Counted from the stretch's first letter, positions 1-13,634 are shown. The stretch is DNA of 64,000 nt from an uncultured Gammaproteobacteria bacterium (GCA_964503125.1 CAZCZE010000020.1:159979-223978), one strand, 5' to 3'. Numbers and translations: made by a program. Notes: generated from the sequence alone by a model not told the origin.

Positions 1-171
1 CGACTCGGCGACGGCAGCCTTAGCGGCCGCGGCGAGGTTCATGCCTTCCGACACCTGCGCACGGATCGTGTAATCCTGATACGCGGGAATCGCGATGGCG
101 GCCAAGATGCCGATGATGGCCACCACGATCATGAGTTCGATCAAGGTGAAGCCCTTTTGCAGTTTCGTCAT
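1..171 (-). CDS. pilA: Type IV major pilin (PilA-like), C-terminal part cut by window edge
   Basis: Not in the ORF track because it is partial. The reverse complement of 1..171 reads [57 protein letters not shown]. This is a prepilin leader with the G|FTLIELMIV motif. The start codon is the complement of 169..171, and the gene lies downstream of pilS-pilR. Confidence 0.85.
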   Translation of the reverse strand, partial: MTKLQKGFTLIELMIVVAIIGILAAIAIPAYQDYTIRAQVSEGMNLAAAAKAAVAES

Positions 172-247
172 TTCAAAGCTCCTCTGGCGGTTTCAAAAGT
201 AATGTGCTTGTTCACAAGTTCGACGCCCAAGCGCCTGCCGTGGACTC

Positions 248-263
248 TGCAAGCGCTGTGCCA
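248..263 (-). promoter_or_regulatory. Sigma-54 (-24/-12) promoter upstream of pilA
   Basis: The reverse complement of 248..263 is TGGCACAGCGCTTGCA, which matches TGGCAC-N5-TTGCA. It lies about 77 nt upstream of the pilA ATG. PilR (the next gene) is a sigma-54 activator. Confidence 0.7.
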
Positions 264-450
264 AGCGTCAACGCTATGTCAATTTCCGCTTAGGACATGG
301 GTTCGTTTGCGAGGCGCTGTCGCGGCACGGCGACGCTTCGACATATTGCAGCCCCAGGCCTCTCGTGGACAGACGCATATCGGGCACAATCTGACCGAAA
401 TTGTCACCGCTTTTCGGCGGTGCGCGACAGACGTTCCGTAAAAGGAATGG

Positions 451-1779
451 CTATTCGATGCCGAGCTTCTTGATGCGATACCGCAGTGCGCGGAACGTCA
501 AGCCCAGCAGCTTGGCCGCGGCGGTCTTGTTGTAGCGTGTTTGCTCGAGGGCCGCGACGATCGCGTCGCGCTCGATTTCCTCGAGCTGGGTGCCGAGCGG
601 CGCGCCGCGATCGGGCCGCGGCGCCGTTTCGTCGCGGTCTTCCTCGCGCAGCTGCAAGTCCGCGACGTCGATTTCGTCGCCGGCGCACAGCGTCAGCGCC
701 CGCTCGAGGATGTTCTCGAGCTCGCGCACGTTGCCGGGAAAACGGTACGCGAGCAGCGCGTCGCGAGCGTCGGGTGTCAAGTGCGGCGTCGGGACGCCTT
801 GCTGGCCGGCCAAGCGCGTGAGCGCGTGGTGGGCGAGCATGAGCACGTCGTCGCCGCGGTCGCGCAGCGGTGGCACCTGGAGGCCGATGACGTTGATGCG
901 GTAGAAGAGATCCTCGCGGAAGCTGCCCTCGGCCACGAGCTCACCCAAGTTCTTGTGCGTCGCGCTCAAGATGCGGACGTCGACAGGCACCTCGGTGGCC
1001 TGGCCGACGGGCCGAATGGTTTTCTCTTGGATGACGCGCAGCAGCTTTACTTGCATGTGCAGCGGCAAGTCGGCCACCTCGTCGAGAAACAACGTGCCGC
1101 CTTCGGCCGTTTGGATGAGGCCGGTTTTGTCGGCGACGGCGCCCGTGAAGCTGCCCTTCTTGTGGCCGAAGAACTCGCTTTCCATGAGCTCCGTGGGAAT
1201 CGCGCCGCAGTTGATCGGTACGAACGGGCCCTCGCGCCGCGGCCCCGTGTCGTGAATCATGCGCGCGACGAGCTCCTTGCCCGTGCCCGACTCGCCCGAG
1301 ATGTGCACGGGCGCCTGGCTCCGCGCCACCTTCGCGACCATGGCGCGCACGCGCTCGATGGGTGCGGACCGGCCCACGAGCGCATCGGTCGCCGCGCCGC
1401 GCGGCACGGCCGCGCCCTTGAGCTTGAGCGCGGCCGTCACGAGCTTGCGCAGGTCGTTCAGGTCGAGCGGCTTCGAAACGAAATCGAACGCACCGAGCTT
1501 CAGGGCCCGGACCGCCGCTTCGACGCTGCCGTGCGCCGTGATCACGGCCACGGGCGTGCCGGGCACTTCGCGCTGAATCCATTCGACGAGCTCGAGGCCG
1601 TCGCCGTCGGGCAGGCGCATGTCCGTAAGGCAGAGGTCGAACGCTTGCTCGCCGAGCGCTTGCTTGGCACTCGTCACGTCGATACACGCGCGCGTGGCGA
1701 TATCCATGCGCTCGAGCGTGATCGACAAGAGCTCGCAGATGTGGGGTTCGTCGTCGACGACGAGGGCGATGGGCTTCAT
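451..1779 (-). CDS. pilR: Sigma-54-dependent response regulator PilR
   Basis: 442 aa. It has a receiver domain ([20 protein letters not shown]), an AAA+ sigma-54 interaction domain ([14 protein letters not shown]-like FTGA, ESEFFGH) and a C-terminal Fis-type HTH. It overlaps pilS by 4 nt. Confidence 0.9.
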   Translation of the reverse strand: MKPIALVVDDEPHICELLSITLERMDIATRACIDVTSAKQALGEQAFDLCLTDMRLPDGDGLELVEWIQREVPGTPVAVITAHGSVEAAVRALKLGAFDFVSKPLDLNDLRKLVTAALKLKGAAVPRGAATDALVGRSAPIERVRAMVAKVARSQAPVHISGESGTGKELVARMIHDTGPRREGPFVPINCGAIPTELMESEFFGHKKGSFTGAVADKTGLIQTAEGGTLFLDEVADLPLHMQVKLLRVIQEKTIRPVGQATEVPVDVRILSATHKNLGELVAEGSFREDLFYRINVIGLQVPPLRDRGDDVLMLAHHALTRLAGQQGVPTPHLTPDARDALLAYRFPGNVRELENILERALTLCAGDEIDVADLQLREEDRDETAPRPDRGAPLGTQLEEIERDAIVAALEQTRYNKTAAAKLLGLTFRALRYRIKKLGIE

Positions 1780-3446
1780 AGAGAGTTTTCGCTCGCCTGC
1801 CAGCGGCGCGGATCGGCGAACACGATGCGAAACGCACTGCCGCCGCCGGGTCGCGGTTGGTAGCGTAACGCCGCGCCGTTGCGCTCCGCGAGCTCTCGTG
1901 AAATGTAGAGGCCCAAGCCCGTGCCGCCGGGCTGGCTCGTGTAGAACGGCTCGAAGATCTGCTCGACCGTGTCCGGCTTGATGCCGGACCCACGGTCAGC
2001 GACCTCGAGATACGGGCGGCCCGACGGCTCGAGCACACCGCACGAGAGCTCGACGGCGATCGCGCCGGCTGTGGCGCTCGCGTATTTGACGGCGTTGTCG
2101 CAGAGGTTCCAGAGGATCTGGTGCAGGTGCGTGGGGTCCATGCGCACTTCGATGTCGGGTGCGCCGGGCGCGAGGCCCACGGCGCCCTCGTAGAGCTCGA
2201 GCGTCTGCACGAACTCGCGTGTGAAGTCCTCGACCCAGGGAATGAGCTGGAGCCGCTCGGGGTGCGTCGGCGCGCGGCGCGACAGCGCGAGCACGCTCTC
2301 GACGATCTGGCTCACGCGGCGCGCGTTGACGCGAATGATGTCGGTGAGGCGGCGCTCGGCGTCGCCGATGCCGGGCGATTCCGCGAGCAATTGGCCCGCA
2401 TGGCTCATCGCGCCGAGTGGGTTACGGATCTCGTGTGCGATGCTGGCGCTCAACCGGCCAAGTGCGGCGAGCTTCGCTTGTTGCACGCGCTCGGCGATCA
2501 GCGACGTGTCCTCGAGAAAGATGACGACGCCACGCTCGCGGCCGCTCGCGAGCGGCGCGAAGTGCGGCTGGATCGTCGCGCCGTCGGGCGCAGCGAAAGC
2601 CATTTGCGTGCGGTCGATGTCGGCGTTGCCGCGCCAGCTCTCGAGCCGGTTGGCGAGCTCGGGATAGACGGCGCCTAGGCTCGCATCGGCGCGCGTCGCA
2701 CCCGCGCCGAGCTGCTTGATGGCAGATTCGTTGATGAGCCGCACCTGATCGTCGCCGTCCACGACGACGATGCTCTCGCGCAAATGTTGAATGATGTACT
2801 CGTTGAGCTCGACGAGGTTGCGCAAGTCCAAGCCGCGCTGCTCGGCGAGCGCTTCGGTCTCGACGAGCCGCGCGCGTAGCAGCTGCACGACCGCCGTGAT
2901 CACGAAGATCACGGCGCCGAGGATGCCCACGGGCGCGAACTGAGCGCTCGTCGTCATGCCGTCGAGCTGCGCATAGGTCTGCTCGCCGAGCAGCACGAGC
3001 GTCGAGACGGCCGCGAGCAAGAACGCGCGGTCTGCCTTCACGAGCAATGCGAGCGCGCCCACCGACACGATCAACACGCCGCCGAGACCGCTCGAGATGC
3101 CGCCGCTCGCGTGCATGAGCAACGTCGTCGTGACGAGGTCCGTCGCGAACTGCAAGTAGATCTGCCACCGCGCGCCCGGCCAGCGCCGTTGCAGCAACGC
3201 GAGGAACACGCAGCCGGCGCCGAGCAACGCCAGGAGCGACCACCAGGCGAGTGTGCCGTCGGTTTCGCCCACGATGCGCGGCGATTCGACGAGATAGAAG
3301 ACCGCGAGCAGCGTGACGCCGACCGAGAGGCGGAACAAGTTCAGCAGGACCAGCACGCGCCACGCGAAGTCGCCCGGCGCGGAGGCGGCCACTGGAAGCG
3401 GCGTCGAGCTCGAGCGGGCGGTGCCGATATCGCCGACGGCGGACAT
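1776..3446 (-). CDS. pilS: Sensor histidine kinase PilS
   Basis: Track ORF 1776..3782. I chose the internal start MSAVGDIG (complement of 3444..3446) because the upstream part overlaps the sucC leader. It has multiple N-terminal TM helices, an H-box [12 protein letters not shown] and an HATPase region (DNAVKY, DRGSGI, GGTGLGL). Confidence 0.8.
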   Translation of the reverse strand: MSAVGDIGTARSSSTPLPVAASAPGDFAWRVLVLLNLFRLSVGVTLLAVFYLVESPRIVGETDGTLAWWSLLALLGAGCVFLALLQRRWPGARWQIYLQFATDLVTTTLLMHASGGISSGLGGVLIVSVGALALLVKADRAFLLAAVSTLVLLGEQTYAQLDGMTTSAQFAPVGILGAVIFVITAVVQLLRARLVETEALAEQRGLDLRNLVELNEYIIQHLRESIVVVDGDDQVRLINESAIKQLGAGATRADASLGAVYPELANRLESWRGNADIDRTQMAFAAPDGATIQPHFAPLASGRERGVVIFLEDTSLIAERVQQAKLAALGRLSASIAHEIRNPLGAMSHAGQLLAESPGIGDAERRLTDIIRVNARRVSQIVESVLALSRRAPTHPERLQLIPWVEDFTREFVQTLELYEGAVGLAPGAPDIEVRMDPTHLHQILWNLCDNAVKYASATAGAIAVELSCGVLEPSGRPYLEVADRGSGIKPDTVEQIFEPFYTSQPGGTGLGLYISRELAERNGAALRYQPRPGGGSAFRIVFADPRRWQASENSL

Positions 3447-3566
3447 GGCGGCGAATTCTACCCGAACGCCGCCAGGAACCCGGTGCACGGTTCGCGCTTT
3501 GCGGCACCCGCGCGTTTCGTGGAGAATACCGCCGCCCGCGAGCCCAGGAAGGCGCTGCATCTCAAG

Positions 3567-4736
3567 ATGAATCTGCACGAATACCAGTCGAAGGCGTTGT
3601 TCGCCGAGTACGGCATCCCTGTGCCCAAAGGTCATGTCGCGACCACGCCGCTCGAGGCCAAGACGGCCGCCACGACGCTCGGCGGGCAGCTCTGGGTCGT
3701 GAAAGCCCAAGTGCATGCCGGCGGCCGCGGCAAAGCCGGCGGCGTGAAGCTCGCGAAATCCATCGCCGAGGTCGAGCAGCACGCGTCCACCATGCTCGGC
3801 AAGCGGCTCGTCACGCAGCAGAGCGGCCCAGAGGGCCTGCCCGTCGATTACGTCTACGTCGAGGCGGGGTCACAGATCGAGCGCGAGCTCTATTTGAGCC
3901 TCGTCGTCGATCGCAGCTCCGAGCGCATCGCCGTCATGGCCTCGGCCTCGGGCGGCATGGACATCGAAGAGGTGGCGCGCAAGACGCCCGAGAGGATCCT
4001 CACGCTGACGCTACACCCGGCGGCCGGTCTCGAGGACTATCAGGCGCGCAAGCTCGGCTTCGGGCTCGATTTGAGCGTCGAGCAGCAAGGCGAGCTGCGC
4101 GACATCCTGCGCAAGCTCTACAAGTTGTTCCGCGAGTGCGACGCGAGCCTCGTCGAGGTGAATCCGCTCATCGTCACGAAGGACGGCCACGTCGTCGCGC
4201 TCGATGCCAAGATCAACATCGAGGACAACGCGCTGTTCCGGCAGAAGCGGCTCGCGGCGCTACGCGACAAGGCGCAGGAAGACGAGCGCGAGCGCGTCGC
4301 GCACGAAAACGATCTCAACTACGTCTCGCTCGACGGCAACATCGCGTGCATGGTCAACGGCGCGGGCCTTGCGATGGCCACGATGGACCTGATCAAGCTG
4401 CACGGCGGCGAACCGGCAAACTTCCTCGACGTCGGCGGCGGCGCCACGGCGGAGCGCGTGACGCAGGCGTTCAAGATCATCCTGACGAACCAGAACGTCA
4501 AAGCGATCCTCGTCAACATCTTCGGCGGCATCGTGCGCTGCGACACGATCGCCGAAGGCGTGATCACCGCCGTCAGAGAAGTCCACGTCGGCGTGCCCGT
4601 CGTCGTGCGGCTCGAGGGCACGAACGGCGAGAAGGGCCGCGAGCTGCTCGCGAAGAGCGGCCTTGCCGTCGTGGCGGCCGAAGGTTTGACCGACGCGGCG
4701 TTGAAAGTCGTGAAGCTTGCCGGAGCCGCCGCATGA
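3567..4736 (+). CDS. sucC: Succinyl-CoA ligase (ADP-forming) beta subunit
   Basis: It begins [20 protein letters not shown] within track ORF 3111..4736 and shows full-length SucC similarity. The stop overlaps the sucD ATG. Confidence 0.95.
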   Translation: MNLHEYQSKALFAEYGIPVPKGHVATTPLEAKTAATTLGGQLWVVKAQVHAGGRGKAGGVKLAKSIAEVEQHASTMLGKRLVTQQSGPEGLPVDYVYVEAGSQIERELYLSLVVDRSSERIAVMASASGGMDIEEVARKTPERILTLTLHPAAGLEDYQARKLGFGLDLSVEQQGELRDILRKLYKLFRECDASLVEVNPLIVTKDGHVVALDAKINIEDNALFRQKRLAALRDKAQEDERERVAHENDLNYVSLDGNIACMVNGAGLAMATMDLIKLHGGEPANFLDVGGGATAERVTQAFKIILTNQNVKAILVNIFGGIVRCDTIAEGVITAVREVHVGVPVVVRLEGTNGEKGRELLAKSGLAVVAAEGLTDAALKVVKLAGAAA

Positions 4737-5608
4737 CGATCCTGGTCGACAAGAACACCAAAGTCGTGGTCCAAGGCCTCACGGGCAAGCAGGGCACGTT
4801 CCACGCAGAGCAGTGCCTCGACTACGGCACGAAGATCGTCGCCGGCGTCACGCCCGGTCGCGGCGGCGAGACACATTTGAATGTGCCCGTGTTCGACACC
4901 GTGGCGGCAGCCAAGAAAGCCACGGGCGCGACGGTCAGCATGATCTACGTGCCGGCGCCGTTCGCGGCCGACGCGATCCTCGAAGCGGCCGACGCAGGTA
5001 TCGAGCTCGTCGTCTGCATCACCGAAGGCGTGCCCGTGCTCGACATGGTCAAGGTCAAAGCCGTGCTCAAGGGCGGGGGTGTGCGGCTCATCGGGCCAAA
5101 CTGCCCCGGCATCATCACGCCGGGCCAGTGCAAGATCGGCATCATGCCGGGCTCGATCCACAAGCCGGGCTCGGTCGGCATCGTCTCGCGCTCCGGCACG
5201 CTGACCTACGAAGCCGTGAATCAAACGACGCTCAAAGGCTTGGGCCAGAGCACCTGCGTCGGCATCGGCGGCGATCCCGTGCGCGGCATGAACTTCATCG
5301 ACTGCCTCGAGCTCTTCGAGAAGGACCCGGGCACGCGCGGCGTCATCATGGTCGGCGAGATCGGCGGCTCCGACGAGGAAGCCGCGGCCGAGTACATCGC
5401 GAAGCACGTGACGAAACCCGTCGTCGGCTACATCGCCGGCGTCACGGCGCCGCCCGGCAAGCGCATGGGGCACGCCGGTGCGATCATCTCGGGCGGCAAA
5501 GGCACGGCGAAGGAGAAGTTCGCGGCGCTCGAGAAGGCCGGCGTGCGCACCGTGCGCTCGCTGGCAGAGCTCGGCGAGGCCATGGCCAACGAGCTGCCGC
5601 GGCGCTGA
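4733..5608 (+). CDS. sucD: Succinyl-CoA ligase alpha subunit
   Basis: [24 protein letters not shown]... within track ORF 4136..5608. It contains SRSGTLTYE and the phosphohistidine region GHAGAII. Confidence 0.95.
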   Translation: MTILVDKNTKVVVQGLTGKQGTFHAEQCLDYGTKIVAGVTPGRGGETHLNVPVFDTVAAAKKATGATVSMIYVPAPFAADAILEAADAGIELVVCITEGVPVLDMVKVKAVLKGGGVRLIGPNCPGIITPGQCKIGIMPGSIHKPGSVGIVSRSGTLTYEAVNQTTLKGLGQSTCVGIGGDPVRGMNFIDCLELFEKDPGTRGVIMVGEIGGSDEEAAAEYIAKHVTKPVVGYIAGVTAPPGKRMGHAGAIISGGKGTAKEKFAALEKAGVRTVRSLAELGEAMANELPRR

Positions 5609-5609
5609 A

Positions 5610-7211
5610 GTGAAGATTGGCTTAGCCCAGATCAACACGCGCGTCGGTGCCATCGACGCGAACACCAACAAGGTCCTCGACTACGCGGCGCGCGCGCGCG
5701 CCGCGGGGTGCGATCTCGTCCTCTTCCCGGAGCTCACGTTGTGCGGCTACCCGCCCGAGGACTTGCTGCTGCACGGCGGCCTGCGCACGCGCGTGGCGGC
5801 GGCGCTCGACAAGGTACGCACCGAGGTGCGGGGCATCGCCGTCTACGTCGGCTACCCCGAGTACCAAGACGACGCCCTCTACAACAGCGCGGCGCTGCTG
5901 CGCGATGGCGTAGTGCTCGGCAACCACCGCAAGGTGGCCCTGCCGAACTACGCCGTGTTCGACGAGAAGCGCTACTTCCAGCCCGGCGACTCGGCCACCG
6001 TCGTCGCTCTCGACGGTTTGAAGCTCGGGCTCATCATTTGCGAGGACGTCTGGCTCAGCGCGCCGTGCCGGGCGCCGGCCCAGGCCGGCGCCGAGGTCAT
6101 CCTCGTGATCAACGGCTCGCCGTTCAACCGCACGCAGCAGCAGACTCGCGAGCGCGTGCTCGCGCAGCGCGCCGCCGAGAACTCGCTGCCGCTCGTCTAC
6201 TTGAACATGGTCGGCGGCCAGGACGAGCTCGTCTTCGACGGCGGCTCGGTCGTCGTCGACGCGGCCGGGCAGGTGCGGTTCCGCGCGCCGTTGTTCGAGG
6301 AAGGTCTCTATACGGTCGATCTCGAGAGGACGCGCGCGGGGCTCGCGCCGAGCGGTGCGGTGACGCCCGTGCCGCCGCGCGTCGAGCGCATCTATCGCGC
6401 GCTCGTGCTCGGCACGCGCGACTACGTCGAAAAGAACGGCTTCAAGGGGGTGGTGCTCGGCCTCTCGGGCGGCGTCGACTCGGCGCTGACGCTGACGATT
6501 GCCGTCGACGCGCTCGGGGCGGGGCGCGTCCACGCCGTCATGATGCCGTCGCGCTACACGTCGCAAATGAGCCGCGACGACGCGGCCGAGCAGGCGCGCA
6601 CGCTCGGCGTGCGTTACGACGTGCTCTCGATCGAGCCGATGTTCGAGGCGACGCTCAAAGTCCTCGCGGACGTCTTCGCAGGCTTGCCGCCCGACACGAC
6701 CGAGGAGAACATCCAGGCGCGCTGCCGCGGCGTGCTGCTCATGGCGCTCTCGAACAAGACGGGCAAGATGGTGCTCACGACGGGCAACAAGAGCGAGATG
6801 GCCGTCGGCTATGCGACGCTCTACGGCGACATGGCGGGCGGGTTCGCGCCGCTCAAAGACTGCACGAAGACGCTGGTCTACGAGCTCGCGAGCTACCGTA
6901 ACGGAATCGCGCCGGTAATCCCCGAGCGCGTCATCACGCGTGCGCCGACCGCGGAGCTGCGCGAGAACCAGAAGGACAGCGACTCGCTGCCGTCGTACGA
7001 CGTGCTCGACGCGATCCTCGAAGCCTTCATCGAGCAAGACTTGTCCGTCGACCAGATCGCCGAGCTCGGTTTCGATCGCGCCACGGTCGTGCGCGTCCTG
7101 CAGATGGTCAGGCGTGCGGAGTACAAGCGCCGGCAGGCGCCGCCCGGCGTGCGCGTCAGCAGCCGCGCGTTCGGCCGCGACTGGCGCTACCCCATCACCT
7201 CCGGCTACTAG
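5610..7211 (+). CDS. nadE: Glutamine-dependent NAD+ synthetase
   Basis: GTG start at 5610 (VKIGLAQINT...) within track ORF 5478..7211. It has an N-terminal CN-hydrolase domain plus a C-terminal NAD synthetase domain (GLSGGVDSA P-loop). Confidence 0.9.
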   Translation: MKIGLAQINTRVGAIDANTNKVLDYAARARAAGCDLVLFPELTLCGYPPEDLLLHGGLRTRVAAALDKVRTEVRGIAVYVGYPEYQDDALYNSAALLRDGVVLGNHRKVALPNYAVFDEKRYFQPGDSATVVALDGLKLGLIICEDVWLSAPCRAPAQAGAEVILVINGSPFNRTQQQTRERVLAQRAAENSLPLVYLNMVGGQDELVFDGGSVVVDAAGQVRFRAPLFEEGLYTVDLERTRAGLAPSGAVTPVPPRVERIYRALVLGTRDYVEKNGFKGVVLGLSGGVDSALTLTIAVDALGAGRVHAVMMPSRYTSQMSRDDAAEQARTLGVRYDVLSIEPMFEATLKVLADVFAGLPPDTTEENIQARCRGVLLMALSNKTGKMVLTTGNKSEMAVGYATLYGDMAGGFAPLKDCTKTLVYELASYRNGIAPVIPERVITRAPTAELRENQKDSDSLPSYDVLDAILEAFIEQDLSVDQIAELGFDRATVVRVLQMVRRAEYKRRQAPPGVRVSSRAFGRDWRYPITSGY

Positions 7212-7234
7212 CCCGCGGTGCGGCTGGGGCAGAG

Positions 7235-7993
7235 CTAGAGCTGTGCGGTGGCCGCTTCTTCGCCGAAGCTCTCGCGCAAGACGCGGCGCGCGTCGGCGGC
7301 CAGGTCCCGCATGCCGAGCCGCTCGTAGGCGAAGACGAGCACCTGCAGCGTCTTCTGGAGCTGCGGCGCTTCGGGGTAATGCTCGAGCGCGTATTTGGCG
7401 CGATTGATCGCGGCCACATAGGCGCCGCGTCGCACGTAGTAGTCGGCGACGTGGTTCTCGTACTCGGCGAGCCGGTTACGCAGGAACACCATGCGCTGGC
7501 GCGCGTCGGGCACGTACTCACTGTCGGGGAAGCGGCGAATGAGCTCCTGGAACGTCGAGAACGAGCGCAGCGTGTCCTTGGGCGGGCGGAGCGATAGGTC
7601 GACGCGCAACAGCCGCTCGATGATGTTCGGGGCTTGATCGAAGAGAACGAGCCCGCGCATATAGAGGCAGTAGTCGATGCGCTCGTGAGTGGGGTTCTCG
7701 CGCTCGAACTCCTCGGCCGCGTCGATGGCCTGCTCGGGCTGCAGGCTGCGGTGATAGAGATAGATGAGATCGAGCTGCGCCTGGCGCGTCTCGGGGCTGA
7801 ACGGATAACGTGCCTCGAGCGCGTTGAAGTACTGGATGGCGCCGACGAAGTTCGAGGCGTTCATGGCTTCGTAGCCGCGCTCGTAGAGGAGCTCGGGACC
7901 TTGGTCCTCGACGACGTTATCGCGCCGGCCGCAGCCCATGAGCGCGGTCAAGGCGAGGCAGAGCAGCAACGAGGTTTTGCCGATTCTAAGCAC
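7235..7993 (-). CDS. bamD: Outer membrane protein assembly factor BamD (lipoprotein)
   Basis: Track ORF 7235..8764. I chose the GTG at the complement of 7991..7993 (VLRIGKTSLLLCLALTALMGC), which gives a signal peptide plus a lipobox LMGC. The body is TPR-like (YERGYEAMNASNFVGAIQYFNALEARYPFS). It is divergent from rluD, as in many proteobacteria. Confidence 0.85.
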   Translation of the reverse strand: MLRIGKTSLLLCLALTALMGCGRRDNVVEDQGPELLYERGYEAMNASNFVGAIQYFNALEARYPFSPETRQAQLDLIYLYHRSLQPEQAIDAAEEFERENPTHERIDYCLYMRGLVLFDQAPNIIERLLRVDLSLRPPKDTLRSFSTFQELIRRFPDSEYVPDARQRMVFLRNRLAEYENHVADYYVRRGAYVAAINRAKYALEHYPEAPQLQKTLQVLVFAYERLGMRDLAADARRVLRESFGEEAATAQL

Positions 7994-8101
7994 GGATGGT
8001 CTGTCCGGATGAGTATTGGGCGACGATAATGCCGACGGTTCGTAGCCGCTTCGACGCTGCAGTATAGCCGAAAGTTTCCTAAGCCCCCTTGCGAGCGCCC
8101 T

Positions 8102-9061
8102 ATGAACAGAATCTCGCGCACCCTTGCGGTGCCCGCGGATTTCGCCGGCCGCCGCGTCGATCAGACGGCGGCCGCGTTGCTGCCCGAGTTCTCGCGCAGC
8201 CGCCTGCGTGCCTGGATCGAGGGCGGGGCGCTCACGGTCGACGGCCTCAAGGTACGGCCGAGGATGCTGCTCAAGGGCGGCGAGCGCATCGATCTCATGG
8301 CGGAGCTCGCCGCGGCCGTCGCGGTCGGGCCCGAGCCGATACCGCTCACGGTGATCTACGCGGACGACGCGGTGCTCGTCGTCGACAAGCCGGCGGGCCT
8401 CGTCGTCCACCCCGGGGCCGGGAACCGGTCGGGCACGCTGCAGAACGCGCTGCTGCACCGGTACCCCGAGCTCGCCGTGCTGCCGCGCGCGGGCCTCGTC
8501 CACCGGCTCGACAAGGACACGAGCGGCCTGCTGCTCGTGGCGCGGACGCTCGAGGCGCAGGTCAAGCTCGTGGCGGCGCTCGAACGGCGCGCCGTGAAAC
8601 GCGCGTATCAGGCGATCTGCCAAGGCGTGCTCACGGGCGGCGGCAGCATCGACGCGCCGATCGCCCGCCACCGCCGCGAGCGCACCAAGATGACCGTGAG
8701 CGAGAGCGGCCGAGGCGCCCGCACGCACTATCGCGTCGTCCAACGGTTTCGCGCGCACACGCATTGCGAGATCGAGCTAGAGACGGGGCGCACGCATCAG
8801 ATTCGCGTGCACATGGCGCACATCCGCGCGCCGCTCGTCGGCGACCCCGCCTACGGCGGCCGGCCGAAATTGCCACCGGCCGCGAGCGACGAGCTGCGCA
8901 TCGCGCTGCAGACCCTGCATAGGCAAGCGTTGCACGCGAGCCGCTTGCGGCTCACGCATCCTAAGACGGGCGCCGCGCTCGATTTCTCGAGCCCGCTCGC
9001 GGCCGACCTCACGCGCCTGCTCGACTTGTTGCGCGCCGATGCGGCGCGAGCGCCGCCGTGA
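8102..9061 (+). CDS. rluD: 23S rRNA pseudouridine synthase RluD
   Basis: 319 aa with an S4 domain and the RluA-family catalytic motif HRLDKDTSGLL. Confidence 0.9.
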   Translation: MNRISRTLAVPADFAGRRVDQTAAALLPEFSRSRLRAWIEGGALTVDGLKVRPRMLLKGGERIDLMAELAAAVAVGPEPIPLTVIYADDAVLVVDKPAGLVVHPGAGNRSGTLQNALLHRYPELAVLPRAGLVHRLDKDTSGLLLVARTLEAQVKLVAALERRAVKRAYQAICQGVLTGGGSIDAPIARHRRERTKMTVSESGRGARTHYRVVQRFRAHTHCEIELETGRTHQIRVHMAHIRAPLVGDPAYGGRPKLPPAASDELRIALQTLHRQALHASRLRLTHPKTGAALDFSSPLAADLTRLLDLLRADAARAPP

Positions 9062-9789
9062 GCTTCGCGACGTTAGGCTTCGCTCCCGATTGGCCCGCGC
9101 CGAGCAGCGTGCGCGCCTGGGTCACCGAGCGCGCCGGCGGGGGCCGCTACGGCGCGGGCAATCTCGGCGCGCACGTCGGCGACGAGGCGAGCAGCGTCGC
9201 GGCCAATCGCGCGCGCTTGCGCGCGGAGCTGGCGTTGCCCGCGGAGCCCTGCTGGCTCACGCAGGTGCACGGCGCGCGCGTGCTCGATCTCGACCGCGAG
9301 GCCGTCGCGCCGGCCGACGGCGCCGTGACGTCGCGGACGGGCATCGTCTGCGCCGTGTTGACCGCGGATTGTGTGCCCGTCTTGCTTTGCGACCGCGCAG
9401 GGCGGCGCGTCGGCGTGGCGCATGCCGGTTGGCGCGGCCTCAAGGCCGGCGTGCTGCCGGCGGCCGTGCGCGCAATGGCCGTGCCGGCCGCCGACCTCGT
9501 CGCCTGGCTCGGCCCCGCGATCGGTCCCTCCGCCTACGAGGTTGGCGCCGACGTTCGTGAGCCGTTCGTGGCGCAGAGCGCGGCGGCCGAGCGTCGGTTC
9601 GAGCGCAATGGCCGCGGCCGCTGGCAGGCCGATCTCTTCGGGTTGGCGCGCGACTCTCTGGCGGCCGCCGGGGTCGGCGCGGTCCACGGCGGCGGCCTCT
9701 GCACCTTCACGGCCGCGGAACGGTTTTTCTCGCACCGGCGCGAGGGCCAGTGCGGCCGCATGGCTACGCTCATTTGGGTCGGCCAATAG
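9058..9789 (+). CDS. pgeF: YfiH/PgeF family laccase-domain (peptidoglycan editing factor) protein
   Basis: 243 aa. It has YfiH-type motifs (LTADCVPVLL, HAGWRG, CT..FFS.RR) and the conserved rluD-yfiH-clpB order. It overlaps rluD by 4 nt. Confidence 0.85.
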   Translation: MSFATLGFAPDWPAPSSVRAWVTERAGGGRYGAGNLGAHVGDEASSVAANRARLRAELALPAEPCWLTQVHGARVLDLDREAVAPADGAVTSRTGIVCAVLTADCVPVLLCDRAGRRVGVAHAGWRGLKAGVLPAAVRAMAVPAADLVAWLGPAIGPSAYEVGADVREPFVAQSAAAERRFERNGRGRWQADLFGLARDSLAAAGVGAVHGGGLCTFTAAERFFSHRREGQCGRMATLIWVGQ

Positions 9790-9830
9790 GCTTTAATGGG
9801 GTGCGGCCGTCAGTAGTTACCGGAATGGCG

Positions 9831-9860
9831 GTTGAAGACGCCTAAGCCTACCCTCATGTC
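9831..9860 (+). promoter_or_regulatory. Possible sigma-32 heat-shock promoter of clpB
   Basis: GTTGAAG-N13-CCCTCATGT resembles the CTTGAAA-N13/14-CCCCATNT consensus. It sits about 35 nt upstream of the clpB ATG (9893). The -10 match is imperfect. Confidence 0.4.
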
Positions 9861-9892
9861 ACCGGCCAGCCGATTTCTAGGAGCGCCTTGCT

Positions 9893-12490
<2,598 letters not shown>

Positions 12491-12506
12491 AGGATCAAGC
12501 GGAACC

Positions 12507-12923
12507 ATGCCGATCTACGAGTATCGCTGCGGTGCCTGCGGGCACCATCTCGAAGCCTTGCAGAAGATGAGCGAGGGCCCCTTACGCAAGTGCCCCGACT
12601 GCGGCAAGTCGCAGTTGCGCCGGCTCATGTCGGCGCCGCAGTTTCGCTTGAAGGGCGAGGGCTGGTACGAGACCGATTTCAAGAGCAAGAACGAGGTGAA
12701 GCGCAATCTCGTCGAGGCGACCGCCGAGAGCGGTGCCGAGGCGAAGAGCGGCGACGCGAAGGAAGCTCCCGCGAAGGCCGATGCCGACAAGGCCGCAACG
12801 GCCGCGAAGCCCGACGGCGCGGACAAGAGCGCGGCGTCCGATAAGCCCGCGCGCGCCAAGAACGCGGCGCCCGCGGGCAAGAGAGCGGCCAAGACGCGCG
12901 CGTCGAAGCCCGCGAGAGCCTGA
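12507..12923 (+). CDS. FmdB-family zinc-ribbon putative regulatory protein with Lys/Ala-rich tail
   Basis: MPIYEYRCGACGHHLE...KCPDCG is the CxxC..CxxC FmdB signature. The C-terminal half is low-complexity A/K-rich. Confidence 0.8.
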   Translation: MPIYEYRCGACGHHLEALQKMSEGPLRKCPDCGKSQLRRLMSAPQFRLKGEGWYETDFKSKNEVKRNLVEATAESGAEAKSGDAKEAPAKADADKAATAAKPDGADKSAASDKPARAKNAAPAGKRAAKTRASKPARA

Positions 12924-13567
12924 TGCGCCTGCGCCGCTACCTCGTGGCGGGGTTGCTCGTGTGGTTGCCGGTCGGCGTCACGATCCTGGTCTTCGGCGTG
13001 CTGCTCGATCTCATGGACCGCGTGCTGGTCCTGATCCCCGAGGCCTATCGCCCCGAGACGCTACTCGGCTTTCGCATTCCGGGCTTGGGCGTGGTGCTCG
13101 CGCTCGCCGTGCTGTTCGTCACGGGTGTGCTCGTCGCGAACCTGCTCGGCCGTCAGCTTGTGCTCTGGTACGAGGGGTTGCTCGCCCGCATCCCGCTCGT
13201 GCGCTCGGTGTACGGCGGCGTCAAGACCTTCGCCGCCGTGCTCTTGAGCGACACGGGGCTGTCGTTCAAGAAAGTGCTGCTCATCGAGTACCCGCGCAGA
13301 GGCGTCTACCGCATCGCGCTGCAAACGTCGGACACCGTGGCCGAGATCGCCGCGGCGACGGGCAAGCACGTCGTGACGGCGTTCGTGCCGACGACGCCCA
13401 ATGCGACGTCGGGGTTCATCGTGTTCGTGCCGCGCGAGGAGACCGTCGAGCTCACGATGACGGTCGAGGAGGCGCTCAAGCTCATCGTCTCCCTAGGCGT
13501 CGTCGTGCCCGAGTGGCAGCCCGAACGCGGCGCGGACGCGCTTGCAGGACCTGCCGCTTCGCCGTAA
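12923..13567 (+). CDS. DUF502-family membrane protein
   Basis: 214 aa with two N-terminal TM helices, IPLVRSVYGGVK and a TTPNATSGF motif typical of DUF502. The family assignment is from memory. Confidence 0.75.
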   Translation: MRLRRYLVAGLLVWLPVGVTILVFGVLLDLMDRVLVLIPEAYRPETLLGFRIPGLGVVLALAVLFVTGVLVANLLGRQLVLWYEGLLARIPLVRSVYGGVKTFAAVLLSDTGLSFKKVLLIEYPRRGVYRIALQTSDTVAEIAAATGKHVVTAFVPTTPNATSGFIVFVPREETVELTMTVEEALKLIVSLGVVVPEWQPERGADALAGPAASP

Positions 13568-13634
13568 CATCGCGGCCGCTCCGAGACTAATGCCACCTTT
13601 CAATTCAAAAGGTTAGGCTCAAAGGACCGACGCG

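Noticed and set aside
541-2038. Long ORFs 541..1863 (+), 941..2038 (-) and similar (9854..12205 -, 13893..15464 -, 5622..7037 -, 50145..52061 -, 28581..29756 -, 59198..60220 -)
   Set aside because: All lie opposite to, or out of frame with, strongly recognisable genes (pilR, clpB, aspS, nadE and others). They have Arg/Ala-dominated composition and are treated as non-coding shadow frames.
3111-3566. N-terminal extensions proposed by the ORF track (for example sucC from 3111, pilS to 3782, sucD from 4136, nadE from 5478, bamD to 8764)
   Set aside because: Conserved protein N-termini begin at internal starts. The extensions overlap neighbouring genes or intergenic DNA and have shadow-frame composition.
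13568-13634. Possible terminator hairpin (ACCTTT..AAAGGT) between the DUF502 gene and aspS
   Set aside because: It has only a 6-bp A/T-containing stem and no following U-tract, which is too weak to call.
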